Assembly (NCBI GenBank): GCA_964035545.1
Contig: CAXIUT010000187.1
Location: forward strand, 1-24,026
From: Bugula neritina
Lineage: Eukaryota; Animalia; Bryozoa
Direction of reading: 5' to 3'
DNA length: 24,026 nucleotides
Made by a program: the position numbers and the translations under genes. Each line of letters starts with the position of its first letter. Positions within the stretch are counted from its first letter, which is position 1. The notes beneath the pieces are model-generated. The model saw only the letters and a program-made list of their open reading frames with translations, made no database searches and was not told where the DNA came from. Of the stretch, positions 12,280 to 22,092 are shown piece by piece.

Positions 12280-14604
12280 ATGGGCAAAAACAAAGGTAAC
12301 CGTTATGCTTCCGCATTACTCCTTATCGCTTCTCTCATCATCTTGAACAATTCTATTCGCATTGGGTCTCCCTCAATTTAAAGTCATGAAGTCACACCTG
12401 ACTCAATATAACCAGTATAAATGGCTTCAGTACTGCCATACAACAATCTCATCGACCAAAAAAACACATTGCCTGAGCCAAAACCAGAACAATCACATCT
12501 GAAACTTATTTTCGATGAGGCTATTCATGAAAATGAAGCGTCTTCTCCTTCAGTATTACCTTACAATAATCTTATTGATCAAAAAAGTTCATAGAAAGAA
12601 CATAAGCCTAGATAGTCACATCTCTAGATGGTAGTTTAAAAAGCCATTCATTAAAATGAAGACTTTACTCCTTCAGTTTTACCTTTCAATAATGTAATAG
12701 ATAGATAGACTCAATAAAAATAAAGAGAAAAAATTCAAGAACACTATCAAGCTCTTCCCCAAGGAAAAATAGATCCAGCTACAGTCAAATAATAACTCAA
12801 GGAAAAATTCTCTAAAAGTGACTTATTAAAAAAAGGTGAAATCTTCTATGGAAAAAGAACCAAAAATGGAGATACTATTCCTATTCATGTTTTAAATCCA
12901 GATGATAGTTCTTATTTCCCCTAAATGCCAAAAAATTTTGATCTTGATGCCGAGGAATATGATGTAGTAATCATCGGATCAGGTCTTTCTGGTACTGTTG
13001 CTTCTACCTACATAACTGATAATAAAAAAAAAGTTCTATTGCTAGAAAAACAAGACTTCCTTGGAGGTTTATCTACTTATCAAAAAGATTAAAGAGGATT
13101 TAACTATGATAGAGGAGCAGCTTACTGGACCAAAGCTTATAATTAATAACATCAAATCATGGATCATATGGGTGTTGTTAAGTATTTTTCACAATATATC
13201 ATTCCAGAACCTATCGATACCTATTACTGGAATGGTGTACTGTATGGAGGCTATCCTCATGGCGGTCTTTGGGATTTAAGAACACTTGGACTTGATACTC
13301 CAGCTAAATATAAAAATGGTTCAAGCTTACCAGTTCTTCCTTCTTGTTTTGCACTCTTTTTCCTTGAAAATAAAAATGATGATGCTTAAAATAGAATTCC
13401 AGATCAACCTTTCTAACAATGGCCTAATCAAGAACTCGATACAATGACTGCTGCTCAGTGGATTCGAGCTATGCCTGATAGATTTTTCAAAAGAATTATG
13501 AAACCAGGAGACTATGCTATGGAAAGAAGATTATGGGCTAGATTCCAAGATTAAATTAACCAAGGAATTTTACCCAAAGATGACCCCATGAAACATTTGT
13601 ATGATCTTTTAGATCTTTACTGTAGATCTGCATTAGGATCACTTAATCCTGATATTTCAGCTATGGGATATTCTAATTTCTATATTTCAGAACTTTAACC
13701 TCGTTTTGCTAGTCCATATGGTAATGGAGTTAGTATCAACAATATGCTCGATGCTATTAAAAGAAGAAAATAGCTATTTACTGCTAAAACTGGTGCCAAT
13801 GTTGTTAAAATTGCTAATACTCACCAAGGAGTCGAAGTTAAATACATTCTTAATGGAAAAGGAAGACTAGTAAGAGCTAAGATGGCTTATTATGCTGGTC
13901 AGGTGGGATTTGCTCCTAATCTTATTGAAGGTCTTGATTAAAAAGAACCTCACCAGGCTAAAACTATTAGAAAAATGCAATATTCGCATTATTCGGTCCA
14001 TGCTATTGAAACTACTGCTCATCCTTACCGAGGAGCTTATGATACTTGGTATAGATTCCCTGACTATAATATTTTAACTTTTACTGATATGATTTTGGGA
14101 AGATGGACCGAGTTAAAAGGATATCGTGGAGCAACTTAAGAAGACGATGAATTGCTATGGAACTATGATAAAAATCCTGATAACTCTGGATCAGTCTTCA
14201 CAATTTATCATGCTTTGATGAAATTGGATCTTATTCCTATCAATAAAACAAATCAAGTTTATGACAAAAAAACTGCTGCAGAATTTGCTTTATAAGGCTT
14301 TAATGATATGGAACGCTATATGGACTAAGGAAAACAATTAAATCAAGAGTTCAAAGTCAATAAAATACGTACAAGTCGATGGCCATACTCTATTCATATA
14401 ACAAAACCAGGCCATTATTCAGTTGATGCAAGAGTGATGAGCAAGACCTTTGGAAACATCGTGATTGGCAACTGTAACATTGGGACTCCTTCTTACTAAG
14501 AAGCTTTATTTAGAGGTCATTGTGCAGCCAATAAAGTTTTATGGAGATTAAATCCTGATACTTTCCAACAAGAAAGCTGGAGTAAATGTGAATATAAGCT
14601 TTGA
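12280..14604 (+). CDS. Secreted FAD-dependent oxidoreductase (flavin amine oxidase superfamily), ~774 aa
   Basis: N-terminal hydrophobic signal; YDVVIIGSGLSG Rossmann motif; LLEKQDFLGG; YDRGAAYW; RWPYSIH; GTPSYEEALFRGHCAA C-terminal FAD motif. Intronless, 2325 nt to TGA. Confidence 0.9.
12427..12705 (+). repeat. 123-nt (41-aa) degenerate tandem repeat in the oxidoreductase N-terminus, ~2.3 copies
   Basis: SVLP(Y/F)NN(L/V)ID begins at 12427, 12550 and 12673; SHL and AIHENE recur in copies 1 and 2. Confidence 0.9.
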
Positions 14605-14697
14605 TCTTCAATTAACTTTGCATATTAAATTTTTTTTGAAACGTTGAAATTTAGGAACCAATGTAATAATTTTTTTTTTATTATAAAATAAAGCAAT

Positions 14698-15816
14698 ATG
14701 CTATAAACAGACCGAAAATTAATTCCAAATTAAATTAAATCTTTAAAAGATGAATCAAATGATACTAAAATCAAGATCCTCTAACCAGTCAACCATCCTG
14801 TCATGAAAAAAGAATTTTTACAAAATTATCAACAGGTACTGTCATTTTCAAATCTTAAACTAGAAACATAAATCAATCACAGGAATGTTATCATTCATTA
14901 AAATGACTATCTTCATTAAATATACACAATAGGAAACAAAGATCTCCCCCATTTAGTTTTGATACATGGTTATGGAGGAACATCTCTATTCTTTATCAGA
15001 ATATTTTAGCATCTCAGACAGCACTTCCAAGTCCATGCCTTAGATGTCTTTGGAGTTGGACTGTCTTCAAGAGGAAACTGGAATGATTATATGAATGCCA
15101 AAGAAGTTACCAAATATCATTGTGATGCAATTGAACAATGGAGAAAAAAAGTAGGATTGACTTCATTTATCTTAGCGGGACATAGTTTTGGAGGATATCT
15201 GAGTACGCTATACTTCTAAAAATATCATTCTTCTGTCCAGCAACTAATTTTATTATCTCCTGCAGGTACCGCTAAGTTTGAAGAATAAGAAATTGAATAA
15301 GTGTCAGGCAGATATAGACTCTTTTCTTGTTTACTAGAACTTTTGTATAAATGCAAACCTCGGCCAACCAAAATTGCAGACAATATATTTTGTGGAGATA
15401 TCGCTTGTAAAAAATTGATCGAACATAGATTACAAATTCCTGAAAATGAGAGAAAAGCCTGGTATTCATATATAAAGTCGATTAGTAAGCAATAATAGGT
15501 TAGTTAAAAAGGATTTTATATACTTTTTAACTGGCCTCTTCAACCTGCAAGAAGCATTTAAATGATCTTAAGATAAATGAAGCCACAAATTCCAATTAGA
15601 TTCCTCTATGGAGATTAAGATTGGATGCAACCTTATGGAGCTTATCGCCTAAGAAAGGCCTTTCAGAACATCAGCGTCCATTTTATCAAAAAAGCAGGTC
15701 ACCAATTAATATTTGAAAATCCTAAAGATGTGTCTCAAATAATTATCTAAAAGGGAAATATCCAAAAGTATTGGAGTTCTTCATAAGAATCTACAACAAT
15801 TAGAAGAACTGGGTGA
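14698..15816 (+). CDS. Alpha/beta hydrolase, ABHD4/ABHD5 (CGI-58)/Cld1-like lipase, ~372 aa
   Basis: LVLIHGYGG, DVFGVGLSSR, IEQWRKKVGL, GHSFGG nucleophile elbow, LLSPAG, YGDEDWM, AGHQLIFENP; ends TGA TGA. Confidence 0.92.
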
Positions 15817-16566
15817 TGATTTACAATAGATTTGATTTATTTTAAAAATATAATCAAGAGATATATCTAATATTTTCAATACATTAAGACACTAATTTTA
15901 CTATCGTTGAATGCTATTGTTTCCTTAATCGACTTTATTCCTCATGTTTTTGTTCGAAATGTTTCTAAAGATTGTATAAGTCAACTGAAGCTTCTTAAAA
16001 GATTTATTCTTCTTTATTTCTAATAGATTTTAATTATTTTTCTAATCCAATAATTTATTTTTAGAAGCAATCAATAGTTTTATCCCACTATTCCTCTCTT
16101 TAATTTTTTTCATAACTAAATTCTTTTTGATAAAATTCAAGACTATCTAAATTTAAAATTACTTTTCTGTAAAGTTTTTAACTTATTGATGATACTTTAT
16201 GTTAATATGACTAAGTTAATGATGATCCTGACTATAGATTTCTTTGATAGCTTATTTTTGATTTTTAATCAATGGATCTATTTCTTTATCACTTGTTGAA
16301 TTCATGTGATAATGCTCTATCTATCGATTGATATCATTAAGTTATAAATAGTTGTTTTATATTTTTTATTAACTACTTCCTATTTTCAACTATATTTTGT
16401 CTAGAAGAGATCTAACTTCCATTGTCAAATCATCAATTGTAGATAAATTAGCATCTAAAACTTTTCTTGTTGAAGAAAAAAGACGATCCTCTTGAATAGA
16501 ACTTGGATAGCTCTGATAATATGTTCCAGTACTATTTTCTTTATTATGTGTAATGATTCGGTTCAT
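15781..16566 (-). CDS. Hypothetical protein, ~261 aa
   Basis: Extends the listed ORF 16390..16587 through TAG=Glu. ATG at 16566 (MNRIITHNK); first in-frame TGA at 15781-15783; ends ...SSSNCCRFL. The 3' end is uncertain because it overlaps the hydrolase gene. Confidence 0.65.
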
Positions 16567-16700
16567 TAATATTCTATAGGAATTCAAGTTTAATCAAATA
16601 TATTAATTAAGTTCTTTATCTAATTCCAATAAATAAAAATGCATTTGAAGTTTATACTTAAAAATATATCAATATTGAAAATATTAGTTCAATAATAAAT

Positions 16701-16777
16701 TTGGGGTTGGGGTTGGGGTTGGGGTTGGGGTTGGGGTTGGGGTTGGGGTTGGGGTTGGGGTTGGGGTTGGGGTTGGG
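16701..16777. repeat. Internal (TTGGGG)n tract, the right telomere of the first mini-chromosome
   Basis: 77 nt of perfect T2G4 repeats preceded by an AT-rich subtelomere, ending ...TTGGG and abutting coding-like sequence. Confidence 0.97.
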
Positions 16778-16779
16778 AA

Positions 16780-17777
16780 GCTAATACGAGTAATACAAAG
16801 AGCTATCTTATCTACAATTCTACCAGAAACTCATCTATTAAATTATCAGATACATAACAATAAATTTACTCACATGACCTCATCAGATAAGTCATGGAAA
16901 CAAGTATCAACTCTTTATAACAGGCAAACAAAAATCATTAACACACGATATCAATCGAATCGAATAAGATCTCCCTCTTTATGCAAAACCCATCAAAAAT
17001 GTTAAAAAGTAATTTCACTTTGATTCCATTCCTGCCAAAAATAAAATGTACTCGTCTGCATGCTATAACAAAAGTAAAATATCAAACTAATTTAGTTCAA
17101 TAAATCAAATAAGGACTCAACTAAAGAAAAGTTAGTGATATAAGCGTTAAAAGAAAAAGTTCATAAAATAACAAAAGTTCAAAGAGTAGACCTCAGTCAG
17201 CTACTTAAAGAATCAACACTAAGAATCCAAAGTAATTATTTTATAAATAAGAGTATCAGTATCAGGTCTAGTGAGTTATAATTTTGATTCTGTTAATGCT
17301 AGAAAATCTTTAGGTCTTAGCAAAATAAACCATGAACAAAAACTTATCGATTAAATCACATCAGCTGGAAACAGACAATTCTGTTCAATTTAAAGAAAAA
17401 ATAAAATACTAGCTAAAACTTCAGGAAGACGTTTCAATAAACATATCAAAAACCAAAATGCCATCATGAATGACTTTATAACTCCTACTGATCAATTTCT
17501 AATCAGTGTTGTCAAAGAAAGTGACTAAAATACTATGATATATAACTAAAAAGCTAAAAAACTGAATTTCATCAAAGAATACATGGAACAATAAAAAGCA
17601 AACTACGAAGATGCCGAGCATATTGTCAACTAGATCGATAAAATAAACCAGACAGTAAGAACAGCTCCACCTGTTTAGTAGGAAAGAGATCCTAATGACT
17701 AAGCTCTTTTGACTGGGCGTAAGATGCCTTATCAAAAGAAGCCGTTATTTGTGAAGAACTTTTTGTTTATATAGTGA
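16780..17777 (+). CDS. Hypothetical protein, probably 5'-truncated at the telomere junction
   Basis: The frame is open from the junction (ANTSNTKSYL...); first ATG at 16894; a 20-nt intron at 17232-17251 carries it to TGA at 17775-17777. Confidence 0.7.
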
Positions 17778-18003
17778 ATTTTCTAAACTATATCTATCCT
17801 ATGATACTAATAGAGTAAAATATGTTATTTAATTGAAGTATTGTAATATTTTTAGAGAAAGTTCAATCGTTTTTTAATTTTTCAATATGGGAGATTATTT
17901 AGTTTGTTCAGATGTATCAAAAGATGAGTTAGTCTATTTGATATTTTCTGATAAGTTCAGATGTAGAATGTCTAAAGACGTTCATTATAATTTTAGTTGA
18001 ATT

Positions 18004-19861
18004 ATGGAATTGGAATTCGCAGAATGCTGTAATCTAAGTCGACTAACCAACCACCTAACCTCGAAAAACATCGACCTTGTCCTTTCCTTTCTAGACACAC
18101 ATACCATCATCAGTATCATCTAAGCAGGAACAAACCAAAGTTACAAACAGTCTAAACTTCTCTCAGCCGCCAAAATCAGGTTTTTCATCCTTAACTACCT
18201 TAATAAGACCGATCGATCAGTCTACATGCCCTTCTATTCAGAACCTCTCTTCGTTAACATCTAACTCTAACAACTCTCACATATCGTAACTCACTCATCA
18301 TCAGGTCTACATTAACTATCAGACTCCTGCACACAACTCATCCATAGACTCAGAAGTGAACTAGATGAGTTTTAGCATCAAAACGAGACAGTAGATTCGT
18401 TGATTTAATCTTTAACAGACCCTTAACTTCCATTTCCTAAGTTAAGAAAACAGTAAATAGGCATGCATTGCAATAGCTCTCTTCAATTCTTTCTAGTAGA
18501 CAAACTATTCCCAAACGGTGATGAAGAAGACATGGAAGAAACGTTTGAATAATTACGTATTTTCTTGACCGAAAGATGGAATTTTAGTACTTCTAGTCAA
18601 AAATCAGAATTTGATACCATATCCTAAGTTTTCTCATCTTGGTTCAAAATCACCTATGAAAACTATCCCAGCTACCTCCTCAAAGGAAATACCCACCACA
18701 ACCTCATTGTTATCGTTATTGCTTTACTTGATCTTTTTGTTGATTCATATAGCTTCTACATCCAGTCCATTCAAGACCCTCTTTACTCATTCATGGAGTT
18801 TAATATGCGTTTTTGTCAATTTAGAAACATAATTCTCTCTCTTTAGGTACTATTGATTCTATTCAGGGTAAACTAGGATTTCTTTTCAAAAACTACAGTG
18901 TTTTCTGTAAATAAATATTCTAAAAGAAAAAATAAATGTCAATGGAAAATGAATTATTCTAATCATAATAGCTTAGAGAAATGACAATCTGGCACTGTGG
19001 TCTTTCTAAGTGGTACATCTACATGCAACATCTTCACTAAGAATACTTTTCTACTTTTTTTTATCTTCTCAAAAAAAATAACCTCAAAATTATAAAATAA
19101 ATTAATTATAGCCGACTCAACTAAAACCAAGCCTTCATGTATATCTTATTTAATTTAGATAATTACAAAATAGATTATAATTAAGTGAAGTATAACTCCT
19201 TGAAAGATAACGCACTTTTGAAGTTCACAGTCCAATCTAGGATATCTTCGACAATAACCTAGAACTCTATGATCAAGCTATCAAAGAATACATAGAATAT
19301 ATTATGGATATATCAGTAAATTAGTATTCTGTGCATTGGTGCGGCCACTCTTCTCATGTCTTGCACATTCCTTATCAATAATTTTAAGTAGCTCTAGTAT
19401 AAAATTATAAAATCTATATCAATCACATCAAGAAAATAATTCAAACAGTTAGTAATCCCTATCTAGCCATCGATAGCATAATAAAGTCAATGATAGAACA
19501 GCTAGATCAGTAATACTTGAAGCCAGTAACTTTAAAAAAGATTTTATAGGAGGCTAAAAAATAAATTATATTTTATATTGGTATCCATAAATATGAATAA
19601 TCTCAATTTGCATAAACTCTTGAACATATCACTTCTTAAATAGCAAATAGAGATAAAGTTTTAGATCATTTCAATACGAATGCAGGAATATCAAATTAGA
19701 TCAGTTATAAATATAGCATAGTCCTTTAAAATGAAGATTTCAATAAACTATTAAAAGTATCTGCTTCTACCAATGCCTCGACATCAATAAAAAAGAACAA
19801 ATTTATGAAAATCTAGTCTATCCGATCAAGTGATTCCATTCTGGAATAAGATTTTCTATGA
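18004..19861 (+). CDS. Hypothetical helical protein, ~605 aa
   Basis: MELEFAECCNL... open to TGA at 19859-19861 after removing 20-nt introns at 18847-18866 and 19139-19158. Only a weak resemblance to cullin-repeat helices (PYQEFEVALVENYKIY). Confidence 0.75.
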
Positions 19862-19969
19862 GTAATATTTAATTTATATCATTTTATCTTACCAATCTTC
19901 ATATTTATCAACTAAAGTTTAAATTATCTACAAATATAATATTTATATGATCATAAAAAATTAATTAAC

Positions 19970-21160
19970 TCATAGACATTCTGAACTCAACTAAAAAGTA
20001 AACTACTCTGATTCAGAAGTTGTTGTTAAATATTTACTAGATTTCACCTTACGTAAAATCTACTTCTATTTTGACTTTGAACTCCTCTTACGACCTTATT
20101 TATCCTTTGAATTTTACCTCAAATCTTTTATCTCTCTACTTGCCTTCTGAAACTTCTATCTAAACAACTTTATTTCAAGATCTTTTCTTGATTTCATATC
20201 ATCAATTGATTGAGCCTGTTTTCTTCCCATAAAACTAAATTGAATAGTTATCTTTTTAAGATCATTTTATTTTTTATATAACATCTTCTAAGTTTGTTCC
20301 AGGTTAAACTAAAGCATCTTTTAGTTTTCCTCTCTTACCTTTATTTCTTCTTTATACTTTTCAATCTATCTCTGTAACTTTACTATAGTTTATGCCTTTT
20401 GGACAGTTTATTCATGCAAAGAAGAAATATTCTTTTTACTCATTTATCCTTTAAGAACATTAATTGTCTGTAATAATGACTAATTTTAAAAATTGCATTT
20501 TTTGATTTGATTTTTTAAACCTTATATTTCATTTTATTTTTGTTTAATAGAATTTAAATGAATATTTTTGTTATTTATTACCTTGTTAAGATTTTCAATC
20601 GACTGTCTTGCCTTAATTAGTTCACTCTATTGTTCCTTCTTTATTTTATTCACTTTCTCCATCTATTATTGAAACCATTTGTTCTGCTATTTTAATTTAA
20701 TTAGTTCATTAGACATCTTAGCCAACTTTTATTGACTATTTTGATTCATTTCCTTCCATTTCTCTTTCTAAGCTATCTAGCTGCTCAATTTCTTCTTTAG
20801 TTCAGTCAGTTTTGATACAGATTCAGTTTTTACTCTTGAAGTTTTAGTTTCAGGTTAGTTTTTATAACGACTAGAGTTACTGACATTCGAAGTGTCTTTG
20901 AAAGAATTTTATCTACTTCTGCTTCTTCTACTTCTTTGAAAAGGATTGGCCTTTGGAGGCAACTAAGTAACCTTAATAGGAGAATTTTTAATAAATTTAC
21001 AACTATTTAACGTATATGTCTTAGAATCAACAATCTACTGGTTTCCCTCTTGATTGGGAGTTAAATAAGTAGATCTTATGTTTTGATTATTCTGATTACT
21101 TGTTGGACTGAGACTGTCTTTATATTTATAAGGACTTGACTTAGTTGACCCTGAGTACAT
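19970..21160 (-). CDS. Coiled-coil hypothetical protein, ~396 aa
   Basis: MYSGSTKSSPYKY... Ser/Pro-rich N-terminus, then Lys/Glu heptad-like sequence (LTELKKKLSSEIAEKEKWKEM); no TGA in frame until 19970-19972. Confidence 0.8.
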
Positions 21161-21387
21161 ACAGAAAATTAGAAGATTTTAATATTATGATATAAATAAT
21201 ATATCTAACTTATCTCTATTTGATTAACTTTAGTACATCTTATCGAGTATTAGTTGAAAAGATCTTTCAGCGGATTATAAATTCTAACATAATAACTTTT
21301 TCCCAAAAATGCAATTCCAACAAGACAAATGTCTTTTGATAATCCTTTTAAAATTTATTAAATTTAATATTTGATTTATGGAGGAGA

Positions 21388-22003
21388 TCATTTGCGTTTT
21401 CCTGAACCTAGGAAATCAACAATATGTTTAGGCTTGCTCTTTTGAATTTCTTTGTGTTCGATGACCCAATTGTGATTCTTATCGAAGAATCTGAAGATTT
21501 CTCTTAAGTTCTTAGGCTGCTTTTTAAGAAGTTGATTGAAGATGTTGAATTCAGCCCATTTAATTTCCTTATCATTATCAAGATCATATGCTTCGAGAAG
21601 TTCTTTTTCGAGTTCTTTCTTCGACAATTGCTTTAGATGCTGTGGGTTGGTGGCAGTTTAAAGGTTTCCAGCACATTTTTCAACCATTTTCAATACTAAG
21701 TAGAATTACCGTTACCCATCTTAGGAGTCAAGAATGAGGATAGTTCATTCAAATCAGCTCTTCTTCCGTATTCTCTAAACTCTCTCATCAACTTTTTTCC
21801 ATCATATTAAGGACAGGCGTTAAATTCTTTCATTTCTTTGAGAGTGACGATGCCATTATCGTCATTATCAATGACTCTCAAGAATGACTTTGAAAAGTTT
21901 TATTCACCTAAATATCTACAAACTTACGGATATCCTTGATGAGAGTGGAAATAACAAAAGAATAGAATGCTAATCCAGCAACGATGACGATTTCTTTGAT
22001 CAT
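21388..22003 (-). CDS. EF-hand calcium-binding protein with N-terminal signal/anchor, ~191 aa
   Basis: MIKEIVIVAGLAFYSFVISTLI; EF loops DNDDNGIVTLKE, DLDNDKEIKWAE and DKNHNWVIEHKE. 20-nt introns at 21908-21927 and 21696-21715; includes the listed ORF 21388..21627. Confidence 0.88.
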
Positions 22004-22092
22004 GATACGATTGTAAAATATAATTAAAGATTCAAAATAAAATCCGCTTTATTCAACAAAATCAAAATTATTATTAATAGAAAATTAATAAA

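Noticed and set aside
21272-21345. 74-nt segment closed by a 7-bp stem (GGATTAT/ATAATCC) with an internal AAGAC/GTCTT hairpin, tRNA-sized
   Set aside because: It has no T-loop TTCRA, no D-loop GG and no proper anticodon arm; such pairing is expected by chance in AT-rich DNA.
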